In this document: piece by piece, positions 31,144 to 40,299 of the stretch
Layout of the letters: each line of letters starts with the position of its first letter
Numbering within the stretch: position 1 is the stretch's first letter
Source of the DNA: an uncultured candidate division Zixibacteria bacterium
GTDB taxonomy: Bacteria; Zixibacteria; MSB-5A5; UBA10806
Assembly (NCBI GenBank): GCA_963801605.1
Contig: CAWDFP010000006.1
Location: 960,001-1,024,000, forward strand
DNA: 64,000 nucleotides
Reading direction: 5' to 3'
Translations under genes and position numbers: made by a program
The notes under the pieces: model-generated
Seen by the model: the letters and a program-made list of their open reading frames with translations, nothing else
What the model was told of the DNA's origin: nothing
Database searches by the model: none

Positions 31144-31767
31144 GTGAATAACGGTATTAAAGAAAAAAAACATCCAAAAGTATCAGACAAAGAAATTATG
31201 GAGTTGATCCAGGCTGGCGACGAGCACGCCTTTACGGAATTGGTGTCTCGTTATCAGGATCGTCTCCTTAACTTCGTTGGTCGAATTGTGATCGACCAGG
31301 AAACTGCCGAAGAATTAATTCAGGAAACCTTCTTACGCATTTATAATCAAAAGCACAGCTATACCCCCGAATATGCTGTCTCAACCTGGATTTATACAAT
31401 TGCTTTAAATCTGGCACGGTCCGAACTTCGTAAAAGGAAATTGAGGAAGTTTCTTAGCCTGGATTTTCTGAAGGAGGAATCGGATATCGAACTTGCCGAT
31501 AAAACAAGTTTTACAGGAGAAAGCCTGGCGCCGATATTACAAAAGGCTATCGACTCCTTGCCGGAGGACTATAAAACGGCTTTTGTCCTCTGCGATATCC
31601 AAAGATTGCCATATCAGCAAATCGCCGAAATCCTCCGGGTGCCTGTGGGTACAGTGAAATCCAGGATTAATAGAGCCAGAGCAATGTTGAGAGATAAACT
31701 AAAACCATATAAGGAGATCTACTATGAACTGTCGAGGGGTATCCCACAGGTTATCAGCCTACATTGA
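31144..31767 (+). CDS. ECF RNA polymerase sigma factor
   Basis: AEELIQETFLRIY, STWIYTIALN, YQQIAEIL.VPVGTVKSRINRAR. GTG start with AAGGAG. Confidence 0.93.
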   Translation: MNNGIKEKKHPKVSDKEIMELIQAGDEHAFTELVSRYQDRLLNFVGRIVIDQETAEELIQETFLRIYNQKHSYTPEYAVSTWIYTIALNLARSELRKRKLRKFLSLDFLKEESDIELADKTSFTGESLAPILQKAIDSLPEDYKTAFVLCDIQRLPYQQIAEILRVPVGTVKSRINRARAMLRDKLKPYKEIYYELSRGIPQVISLH

Positions 31768-32291
31768 TAATGATCTATCTCCCGGCATAAAGCAGGGAGT
31801 GGAAGATCATTTGCAGTATTGCATTTCATGTAAACGCAAACTGTCGGAGTTTCGGGCCATAGTTATTGCGGCTCAACAGCTTAAGCCTATGGCTGTATCT
31901 CGGGGATTCGAAAATAGAGTACTCCAGGCAATCCACAACAGGCAGGAAACTCGTGAAGTCCTAAGCAACTTTCGTTACCGATTAACCTTGGCCGGAGTCG
32001 CTTTTATGGTAACATCGGCGGCAATCTTTTTTGTAGTCGGTCCGCCATCCACCTCGAGCTTGAACGGCCTTGCGGGACGGCCCGATACGATGGGCACTTC
32101 TAGCTCAAACGCTTGATTTTTATACCCATCCTGAAACCAAGGTAAGGTCTTTCCCAGTACCCGAAGGTGCCGATCCGGGCAAACTTGCCAATGATGAAAA
32201 TCCTATTCGAACCGATTCCATTCAACCCGATAACTTTAATATGCCTGGCGTGCAGAGGGTTAATGAGAACATTAATAATGGTAAATTTTGA
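31724..32291 (+). CDS. Zinc-finger (HxxxCxxC) anti-sigma factor (frameshift near 32110)
   Basis: LSAYIDNDL...HLQYCISC and a single TM. The periplasmic tail continues in the next frame. Confidence 0.85.
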
Positions 32292-32358
32292 TGAGGGCAT
32301 TGAATGTAAATTGTTTTTTTTAGGTTTGTAATTATTTGAAGTAACATATTAGTAGATG

Positions 32359-32409
32359 GTGGCTAACGCGCGGCGGAATTCAACTTCCGATCATGAGTTA
32401 GCCACTTTT
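32359..32409 (+). terminator. Possible terminator/hairpin after the anti-sigma gene
   Basis: gtggctaac...gttagccac followed by tttt, with an internal cggaa/ttccg stem. Confidence 0.45.
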
Positions 32410-32958
32410 AATTAGCGCGAAAAATTACCCCTCATGCTTTAATAATTCCGTTAGTTACATAATTGGTTTGCGTAATCGTTCATAATAACCCGCAGCACAT
32501 TTTCATTGCAATTTAATACGATTTAATAGGTTGATATGGTTATTAGGAATAGTTGGCAATTTCGGAGAAAAATTACATTTCGTCACCCGAAGTTTACAAA
32601 ATTTATTATAGCAAAAATGACATTAATTTTTCGCCTAACTTATCGCGTTTAGCTTGCTCATGACAAAATTTCAACAATTCGCGGTAATAAACATAAATGG
32701 CATACTGCAATACCGTAGCACAAGCTTGATAACATGGGCATTGAGGATTAAATTGATGATTTTAAGCTGGCGAAAATGGAAGATTTACCATTAAATTCAT
32801 CAATAAAAGAATAGCCCCGAGACATCGTTAACCCAAGTTAAGATAATATTTTATATAATTGTATTATTCCATCGATTTCCATGAGTAAATAATGGAACTC
32901 GATTTTTTTCGATTTTGTTACCCTCATGTGATGCGGTATTGTCCGTGGGATATTTTCG

Positions 32959-33006
32959 TTGACTGTCAATTGGGTGGTCACTATATTGCTTGGCGAGGAA
33001 ATTGCT
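32959..33006 (+). promoter_or_regulatory. Adjacent sigma70 (TTGACT-17-TATATT) and sigma54 (TTGGCGAGGAAATTGCT) motifs upstream of pilA
   Basis: sigma70 boxes at 32959-32987. GG-N10-GC at 32992-33005 with TGGC/TTGC flanks. Confidence 0.6.
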
Positions 33007-33103
33007 TGAAGCAAGAGATACGGACTACTTTTTAATTCCATGCAGGTAGTTTTTTTTCGAAAACAATAATGAGTAAAATCAATAGACCCTTGAAGGAGGT
33101 ACT

Positions 33104-33502
33104 ATGCTAAACAAGCGACGCGACACCAAAGGATTCACCCTAGTAGAGGTATTGGTGGTGGTAGTAATTTTGGCAATTTTGGCCGCCATCGCCGTGCCAA
33201 TTTATCTGCACTATGTTGAGAGCGCCAGGGCCGGCGAGGCTCAGGAAGCAGTTGGAGCTGTTTGGGCTGCTTCTAAGGTTTACCACGCCGAGAATGGCCG
33301 TTGGCCGACAGACACCCGTCAGTTGACCCAGCTCAACCTCGATAAAATAGTTTCGGATAGATGGCAATTCACCATTACCCCCGGATCCAATGGTATCCAG
33401 AGAATCGCCGCTACCTCTACCGGTTTGATGCCCGGCGGAGCAGGTAAGATCGTGACTTTCAATGCGCAGACTGGCAAATGGAGCGGTTACGGTACCGATT
33501 AA
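33104..33502 (+). CDS. pilA: Major type IVa pilin
   Basis: Class III signal KG|FTLVEVLVVVVILAILAAIAVP, strong AAGGAGGT RBS, first gene of the locus. Confidence 0.88.
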   Translation: MLNKRRDTKGFTLVEVLVVVVILAILAAIAVPIYLHYVESARAGEAQEAVGAVWAASKVYHAENGRWPTDTRQLTQLNLDKIVSDRWQFTITPGSNGIQRIAATSTGLMPGGAGKIVTFNAQTGKWSGYGTD

Positions 33503-33517
33503 TAATTAACCCTTAAT

Positions 33518-34618
33518 TTGGATGTCGAATTGGATAATTTTGATGCAGTGAGCGGTATTTCCGCAACTGATAAATCGCTTAAAATAAACGACCTCTTGAA
33601 GTTCACCAAGGATCAGGGAGCTTCGGATTTACATCTTTCCGAAGGCTCGATCCCGATGATCCGCATAGACGGCCGTTTACATAAGCTTGATCTGCCCGGG
33701 CTGACTCGCCAGGGGATCAAGGATCTGGTTTTAAGTTCCATGACCAGCGAACAAATCAAGCGCTTTGAGCAGAGTTTCGAGGTCGACTTCGCTAAGGAGA
33801 TTGACGATAGCACCAGATTCCGCTGCAACGTCTATCGTCAAATTAACGGTATTGGCGGAGCTTTCAGAACCATTCCTGCCGATATTCGGACATTCGAGGA
33901 GCTTGGTCTTCCCGATATTATGAAGAGGTTGGCGCTTCTGGAGCGCGGATTGGTTCTTCTAACCGGTCCTACCGGTTCAGGCAAGACCACTTCGCTGGCC
34001 ACCATGGTCGACTGGATAAATCAGCACAAAGAATGCCATGTCATCACGATCGAAGATCCTGTGGAGTTTTTCCATCACAGCCGGCACAGCCTCATCAATC
34101 AGCGTGAGCTGGGAGCCTCGACCCAATCGTTCGGTAACGCCTTAAGAGCGGCACTGCGCGAGGACCCGGATGTTATTCTGGTGGGCGAGATGCGCGACCT
34201 GGAGACGGTATCGCTGGCCCTGACAGCGGCCGAAACCGGTCACCTGGTACTGGCGACTCTGCATACCTCATCGGCTACCAAAACGATCGACCGTATTCTC
34301 GATATCTTCCCATCAGAGCAGAAAGCGCAAGTGCGTTCAATGCTCTCTGAGTCGATTCAGGCGGTTGTCGCCCAATCGCTTTTGCCCCGCAAGGACAAAG
34401 GCCGGGTGGCGGCGCTCGAAGTTATGATAGCTACTGTTGCGGTGAGAAACCTGATTCGTGAAGACAAAATCTACCAGATCCCCTCAATCATTCAAGCCGG
34501 CGGTAAACAGGGAATGCAATCTCTCGATCAGCATCTTCTGACGCTGGTGGCTGAGGGCAAGATTGAGCGTTCCACGGCGGCTCAGCGCGCCGATAACCCG
34601 AAGCTCTTTTTGGATTAG
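33518..34618 (+). CDS. pilT: Type IV pilus retraction ATPase
   Basis: ASDLH, GPTGSGKTT, TIEDPVE, ALREDPDVILVGEMRD, TLHT, AVRNLIRE. Confidence 0.95.
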   Translation: MDVELDNFDAVSGISATDKSLKINDLLKFTKDQGASDLHLSEGSIPMIRIDGRLHKLDLPGLTRQGIKDLVLSSMTSEQIKRFEQSFEVDFAKEIDDSTRFRCNVYRQINGIGGAFRTIPADIRTFEELGLPDIMKRLALLERGLVLLTGPTGSGKTTSLATMVDWINQHKECHVITIEDPVEFFHHSRHSLINQRELGASTQSFGNALRAALREDPDVILVGEMRDLETVSLALTAAETGHLVLATLHTSSATKTIDRILDIFPSEQKAQVRSMLSESIQAVVAQSLLPRKDKGRVAALEVMIATVAVRNLIREDKIYQIPSIIQAGGKQGMQSLDQHLLTLVAEGKIERSTAAQRADNPKLFLD

Positions 34619-34624
34619 AGGAAC

Positions 34625-35068
34625 ATGAGATCTAAAATGAAGATTGCCCCGAACAGCGGCCGATCAAGCGGTTTTACGCTTGTTGAGCTTATGTTCGGGG
34701 TAGTCGTCGTTTCCATCGCCGTACTGGCGCTTTACCAGATGTTTATAACCGGCACGCTGATGATCACTCAAGAGTATCATCGGCGGGCGGGTCTGGAAAA
34801 AGCGCAGGCTAAGATGGAAATGGCGCGGTTTTTTAAAACCCAATTGGATACTGTGCCACGCAATTTAAGCGGGACATTTAGCGAGATGCTAATTCCGCCC
34901 GAAGAAGGCGAACATGATGGGATTGAAGCTGAATACACGATAATTGTCACTCCCAGCTCAGAACTCACCCGCAATGGATTACCGGTTTATAGCAGTATAG
35001 TCCTGAATTATACCTGGGTTGAGAAATCGGGCAAAGAACAAAAAATTGTCCTTCAAACTTATTTTTAG
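34625..35068 (+). CDS. Minor pilin (PilV-like)
   Basis: SG|FTLVELMFGVVVVSIAVLAL prepilin motif. Confidence 0.78.
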   Translation: MRSKMKIAPNSGRSSGFTLVELMFGVVVVSIAVLALYQMFITGTLMITQEYHRRAGLEKAQAKMEMARFFKTQLDTVPRNLSGTFSEMLIPPEEGEHDGIEAEYTIIVTPSSELTRNGLPVYSSIVLNYTWVEKSGKEQKIVLQTYF

Positions 35069-35083
35069 GGTGGGCATAAAGCA

Positions 35084-35683
35084 ATGCTGATAAAAATAGC
35101 ACAAAGTCGTTTTGCGTCACGAGCCGGTGCAACTCTTGTGGAAATGGCGGCTACCTTATTTATCGCCGGTATCGCCATGAGCGGGATGGTGGTCGCATAT
35201 ACGGATGGGCTTCAGCACTGGCGTAAATCTTCTGAAAAGATGGTACTTTACAACGAGGGTGCGACAGTTTTATCTCTCATCGAGCGCTTTGTCAGGCAGT
35301 CCGATTATATCACTACTTATTCCGGCTATCGGGTTCCCAGCCACAAAATGGATTTGAAGGTTCTGGTATATACAGGGAACACGATTGCCGAACGGGATGC
35401 CCAATTTTTCTATTCCTCGTTCGACAACACGTTGCGTTGGAACAATATGACCGGCAACGATGGCGCTTTTAACGAAAGACTATTGCCGCAGTATAATTTC
35501 CGACTCGAGCGGGGCGAAAAACCCTATCTGGAGGTTCAGGAGGTTACGTTTACTCCGTTGGATACCATACCATCTCAAAGCCCGTCAACCGATGGCTGCA
35601 TTCTGGTGAAAATTGATCTTTTGTTGAACGATGCGACGTGGGGATACGTTATCATTATCGAGCATGATTGCAAGGCGAAATAA
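35084..35683 (+). CDS. Minor pilin (PilW/GspJ-like); C-terminus probably frameshifted near 35635
   Basis: AG|ATLVEMAATLFIAGIAM prepilin motif. The alternative frame ends DTLSLSSMIARRNKSE. Confidence 0.75.
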   Translation: MLIKIAQSRFASRAGATLVEMAATLFIAGIAMSGMVVAYTDGLQHWRKSSEKMVLYNEGATVLSLIERFVRQSDYITTYSGYRVPSHKMDLKVLVYTGNTIAERDAQFFYSSFDNTLRWNNMTGNDGAFNERLLPQYNFRLERGEKPYLEVQEVTFTPLDTIPSQSPSTDGCILVKIDLLLNDATWGYVIIIEHDCKAK

Positions 35684-35695
35684 ATCGGAATAACT

Positions 35696-37153
35696 TTGAA
35701 ACTTCGCAATTCCAGCAAAAGGAGACCCAGGGTGGTACTCAAAAAATCAGAAGAAGGTAGTATCCTGGTGATGGCGGTGGTGCTTTCGTTTGTCACAATA
35801 CTTTTGGGTGTGACTTTTTTGACTTTTGCGGTAACACTCCATAACAATGTCAGCTATGAGATCGCCGACAAGCAGTCGTTGTACGATGTTAATGCTGGGT
35901 TGATGTGGGGATTGGCGGATAAGGTGGCCGGTCGTGATAGTCATGGCGTGATGCGCCCTTTTTATGACGACAATTGGATCGGCTATAGTTTTTCGGCTGA
36001 AGGCGGCCAGGATATCGATATCGGCACTCTCAATCAAATTGAAATTTATGGCCGCGGGCGTTCCGAATACGAGGGCTTGAATCTCAACAAGAGAATCTCG
36101 ATGAGTTACTCCTGGGAGACATACGCCGATTATCTTTATATTACAAGTTCTGAAAGAGACCCTCTGCGTCATGAGCCAATTTATTTTTGGACTCCTGACA
36201 CCTTGGATGGCAAAGTGCATTCCAACGATACCATCCGAATTATGGATTATGATGATCACCCGGTATTCAAAAAGCGTGTGACCAGCACTCGCAATGTGTT
36301 TTTGCCTCCCGGAAATCATGCCCGATTCGATCAGGGCAAGGGACCCCGGGCGAGAATCGTATTTCCCGATATGGCAACTGAGTTACGCAACACAGCCGGC
36401 TGGAGCACGGGTACCGGAGGTCACGATTCGTTGACGCAATTAGTTCTTTCAGACAATTATATTTATTATCGAAAATGCGGTAAGGTAAGAGTTGGGAGTG
36501 TCTGGAAAATTCATTGCGATCCGGCGGCAATAGGAGATCAATATATTTCTATTCCTGCCAGCGGCGTGATCTTCATTTATGGGAAATGCTGGGTATCAGC
36601 CTCGCGGGGAATGGTTGATATGATGGATGGCGCTTACCCGGAAAGTTCCATGGTCGATGGAATATTTACTTCCAACGGCTTCTCGGGACAGCTAACCATT
36701 GGATCGGCCGATACCATGATCATTCCCGATAATATTGTGTATAAACATGCCAGGCTGGATCATTCGGTACCGACCACCATGGATTCCTGCTCGGATGTCT
36801 TAGGATTAGTTTCAGAAAATTATATAATGATGGGTAAGCTAACGAGAGATACTCTCTACGTCAATGCAGCATTGGCCGCCGTTAGAGGTTCTATTTCGGT
36901 ACAGGATATTTATTCGAACTCCGATAACGAAAAGCAATCGCTTTTCATTTGGGGCAGCCTGGCGCAGCGCAATCGAGGTATCATCCATATAAATGATTTT
37001 TCTTCTCGGGGTTTCATTGAAAAGGATTATCACTACGATGTCAGGCTTATGGAACATCCCCCGCCGCATTACATGAAGACGGCTCAGGAGAAGGTTCGCT
37101 TTATAGAGCCTCTTTTTGGCAGCGGGGATAATACTGGCGGCGGAGGCGGTTGA
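35696..37153 (+). CDS. Large PilX/GspK-class minor pilin, ComZ/DUF4900-like (paralog 1)
   Basis: EG|SILVMAVVLSFV prepilin without Glu5. DTLDGKVHSND, LGLVSENYI, WGSLAQ.NRG, GFIEKDYHYD.RL...PPP. Confidence 0.72.
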   Translation: MKLRNSSKRRPRVVLKKSEEGSILVMAVVLSFVTILLGVTFLTFAVTLHNNVSYEIADKQSLYDVNAGLMWGLADKVAGRDSHGVMRPFYDDNWIGYSFSAEGGQDIDIGTLNQIEIYGRGRSEYEGLNLNKRISMSYSWETYADYLYITSSERDPLRHEPIYFWTPDTLDGKVHSNDTIRIMDYDDHPVFKKRVTSTRNVFLPPGNHARFDQGKGPRARIVFPDMATELRNTAGWSTGTGGHDSLTQLVLSDNYIYYRKCGKVRVGSVWKIHCDPAAIGDQYISIPASGVIFIYGKCWVSASRGMVDMMDGAYPESSMVDGIFTSNGFSGQLTIGSADTMIIPDNIVYKHARLDHSVPTTMDSCSDVLGLVSENYIMMGKLTRDTLYVNAALAAVRGSISVQDIYSNSDNEKQSLFIWGSLAQRNRGIIHINDFSSRGFIEKDYHYDVRLMEHPPPHYMKTAQEKVRFIEPLFGSGDNTGGGGG

Positions 37154-37211
37154 GATCGGTCGCTCTACTAAAATTTATGGTTTGGCTACGGGAAACGCGA
37201 GGTTTTACGAG

Positions 37212-38636
37212 ATGATAGCAATCGGATCGAACACGGAAAAAGGAAGCATCCTGGTAATGGCGGTGGTGCTTTCGTTTGTCACAATTCTCTTAGGTGTGAC
37301 ATTTTTAACTTTTGCGGTGACGCTCCATAACAATGTCAGTTATGAGATCGCCGACAAGCAGTGTTTGTACGATGTTCATGCCGGGTTGATGTGGGGTCTG
37401 GCGGACAAAACGATGGGTCGTGATAGTCATGGTGTTATGCGCCCCTATTACGAGAACAATTGGATAGGTTATAGCTTCTCGGCCGTCGGGGGAGAGGATA
37501 TCGATATCGGCCAGCTCAGCGAGATCTCAGTTTATGGCCGCGGCCGCTCCGAATATGAAGGGCTCAATATCAGCCGCAAAATGTCGCTTAATTTCTCCTG
37601 GGAAACTTATGCCGATTATTTGTACATTTCGAATAAGGAACGAGATCCAGTCAGGGGCGATATAATCCGCTTTTGGACCCCGGATACACTGGATGGCAAA
37701 GTTCATTCCAATGACACTATTCATATTCAGGAAAGCGCGGATCGGCCGAGGTTTATGAAGCGTGTCACCAGCACCCGAAATTTTTATGATCCGCCGGGAA
37801 ACCATGCTCGTTTCGACCAAGGTAAAGGCCCCAGAGCTCCAATTTTCTTTCCGGATCAGGCAACCGAGCTGCGCAATGTGGCCGGCTGGACTACCGGGAC
37901 CGCGGGTCATGATTCGCTCACTCAGATAGTGCTTTCGGACGGATTTATTTTTTACAGAAAATGCGGTAGAATAGTAGTCAATAACGTCGTTAAAATTCAC
38001 TGCACTCCGGATTTTATGGGCGATCAGTATGTAACTATTCCAGCCAGCGGGGTTATCTTTATATACGGCAAATGCTGGGTTACGGCCCCGAGAGGCAGAA
38101 AAGACATGATGGATGGCCCATATCCAGAGAGTTCCATGACCGATGGTATTCTTGTTTCCAACGGTTTCGAAGGACAGCTCACCATTGGCTCATCGGATAC
38201 GATGATTATTCCCGATAATATTGTGTATAAACACGCCAGATCAAACTACTCGGTACCAACTACTATGGATTCCTGCCGTGATATTCTGGGGCTGGTTTCG
38301 GAAAATTATATCATGGTCGGCAGGCTGGTACGAGATACGGTTTATATTAACGCCGCTCTGGCTGCTGTGAGAGGCTCTATCTCGGTAGAGGATATTTACT
38401 GGTATAATCCGCCTCTATGGGATAATGAGAAGCAATCGCTGTTTATCTGGGGTAGCTTAGCGCAATACAATCGGGGAATAGTGCATACCAGCGAGCCCAG
38501 CGGTCACACGCGCGGTTTCGTTGAAAAAGATTACCACTACGATATCAGGCTTCAAAATAATCCTCCTCCGCATTTTATGCGTACGGCCAGAGAGAAGATT
38601 CAATATATCGAGACTCTGTTTAGCGATGGAGGCTGA
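37212..38636 (+). CDS. Large PilX/GspK-class minor pilin, ComZ/DUF4900-like (paralog 2)
   Basis: KG|SILVMAVVLSFV, with the same motifs as paralog 1 and collinear with it. Confidence 0.72.
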   Translation: MIAIGSNTEKGSILVMAVVLSFVTILLGVTFLTFAVTLHNNVSYEIADKQCLYDVHAGLMWGLADKTMGRDSHGVMRPYYENNWIGYSFSAVGGEDIDIGQLSEISVYGRGRSEYEGLNISRKMSLNFSWETYADYLYISNKERDPVRGDIIRFWTPDTLDGKVHSNDTIHIQESADRPRFMKRVTSTRNFYDPPGNHARFDQGKGPRAPIFFPDQATELRNVAGWTTGTAGHDSLTQIVLSDGFIFYRKCGRIVVNNVVKIHCTPDFMGDQYVTIPASGVIFIYGKCWVTAPRGRKDMMDGPYPESSMTDGILVSNGFEGQLTIGSSDTMIIPDNIVYKHARSNYSVPTTMDSCRDILGLVSENYIMVGRLVRDTVYINAALAAVRGSISVEDIYWYNPPLWDNEKQSLFIWGSLAQYNRGIVHTSEPSGHTRGFVEKDYHYDIRLQNNPPPHFMRTAREKIQYIETLFSDGG

Positions 38637-38694
38637 GAACGCTTCCAAGAGGTGAAGCGTTAGGGGGGTAAGCAGCGAGTTGGCGAGTTAAGGG

Positions 38695-40092
38695 ATGATG
38701 GCAGCAAAATTGAAAAAGCAGGGGGGGAGCGTACTGGTGATGGCGGTCGTGCTATCGCTGGTTACTATTTTCCTCGGCGTATCATTCCTTACTCTAGCAG
38801 TTACGTTACATAATCAAACAACTTATGAGATTGCTTCAGCGCAAGCGCTTTATGATAGTTTCGCGGGAGCCTTGAAGGGAGCTTGCGATTGGCAAAATGG
38901 CAGATATGAACGTGGCGCAATGCGCGAATTCTATAAGGATAATTTTAACGGATTCAAAATAATTGGATTTTCCAATATAGAAGGCAGCCCGCCAACGACC
39001 GCGAAGGTCATCGGTTATGGTCGCTCTACTTTTATGGAAAATGATATCACCAAAGAAGTAATTCTGAATATTGTTCCTTTCGAATCGTTCGCTGCTTTCG
39101 CTTATCTTTCCAATAGTGAACGTGATCCCATGAGGCTTGATCGCTTGCATTTTGCTACGCCCGATACATTTGATGGCAAAGTTCATTCCAATGATTCGCT
39201 CTATATATTAGGTCAAGCGGTGTTCAGAAAACGAGTAACCAGTTCCCATGCTGTGTTTACTGATAACCATGCCCGGTTCGATCAAGGCAAAGGCATTAGG
39301 CCACCGATTGAATTCCAGGGCCAATCACAGCGTATTAGATCACATTCCAAGTATGATTGGGGGACGCAGGGGCATGATTCGCTAACCCAAATAGCTCTAT
39401 CGGACAGCCTCATTTATATGAGGAAATGCGGTAAAATATTGGTTGATGGTATTTATAAAATCCACTGCTCGCCAGCCGAGCTTGGGGCAAATTCCTTTCC
39501 AATACCTTTAAACGGAGCGATCTTTGTGAAAGGCAAAGTCTGGATTTCGGCGGCCCGAGGCAGAGTAGATCGAATGGACGGAGAATTTCCGGAAGACTCC
39601 TTCACCGATGGCAATTTTATATCGCAAGGTTTTTCGGGACATTTAACATTTGGTACATCAGATACCATGATAATAGTTGATAATCTCGTTTATAAGCATT
39701 CGAGACCAAATTATACGATCCCAACCGTAATGGATTCCTGCTCTGATTTATTAGGGCTAGTTTCTGAAAACTATATAATGGTTGGCAAGCTTGTAAGCGA
39801 TACGGTTTATATTCATGCGGCGATGGCTGCACTTCGCGGGGCATTTTCAATACAAGATATTTACTATGGCCAACCACCGGGATGGGATAACGAAAAACAA
39901 TCGCTTTTTATTCGCGGATCAATAGCTCAATTTAACAGAGGCATACTGCATACAAGTGAACCGAATGGTCATCGACGAGGCTTTATTGAAAAAGAATACG
40001 ACTATGATACCAGACTAGAAAATCAAGTGCCACCATTCTATCCTATTGCTAGTGAAGGCGAAATGGTATATTTGGAATTGCACCAGAATTAG
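38695..40092 (+). CDS. Large PilX/GspK-class minor pilin, ComZ/DUF4900-like (paralog 3, most divergent)
   Basis: GG|SVLVMAVVLSLV, DTFDGKVHSND, LGLVSENYI, GFIEKEYDYD.RL. Confidence 0.72.
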   Translation: MMAAKLKKQGGSVLVMAVVLSLVTIFLGVSFLTLAVTLHNQTTYEIASAQALYDSFAGALKGACDWQNGRYERGAMREFYKDNFNGFKIIGFSNIEGSPPTTAKVIGYGRSTFMENDITKEVILNIVPFESFAAFAYLSNSERDPMRLDRLHFATPDTFDGKVHSNDSLYILGQAVFRKRVTSSHAVFTDNHARFDQGKGIRPPIEFQGQSQRIRSHSKYDWGTQGHDSLTQIALSDSLIYMRKCGKILVDGIYKIHCSPAELGANSFPIPLNGAIFVKGKVWISAARGRVDRMDGEFPEDSFTDGNFISQGFSGHLTFGTSDTMIIVDNLVYKHSRPNYTIPTVMDSCSDLLGLVSENYIMVGKLVSDTVYIHAAMAALRGAFSIQDIYYGQPPGWDNEKQSLFIRGSIAQFNRGILHTSEPNGHRRGFIEKEYDYDTRLENQVPPFYPIASEGEMVYLELHQN

Positions 40093-40299
40093 ATGGTATA
40101 GGCAATGACGACAAACTTTGAAATTATGATGATTATGATCGCAGATAAATTATTGGGGATGATTGAATGTCGGAGGTAGTATTAATTTTAGGCACGATTC
40201 TTATATTTTATTCTCCCCTTTTGCACGCCAAAGAAAAGTTACAATTCGCAAAATATATGGAATCTTGAGGATAGATAGTTTCAATGGATAAGGAGTATT

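Noticed and set aside
35696..40092. Shufflon or diversity-generating retroelement acting on the pilin paralogs
   Set aside because: All three copies are full-length, co-oriented and have their own N-termini. Differences include many synonymous changes of all base types. No recombinase, reverse transcriptase or inverted crossover sites were seen.
40189..40206. sigma54 promoter upstream of pilM (AGGCACGATTCTTAT)
   Set aside because: Good -24 element, but the -12 position reads AT instead of the required GC.
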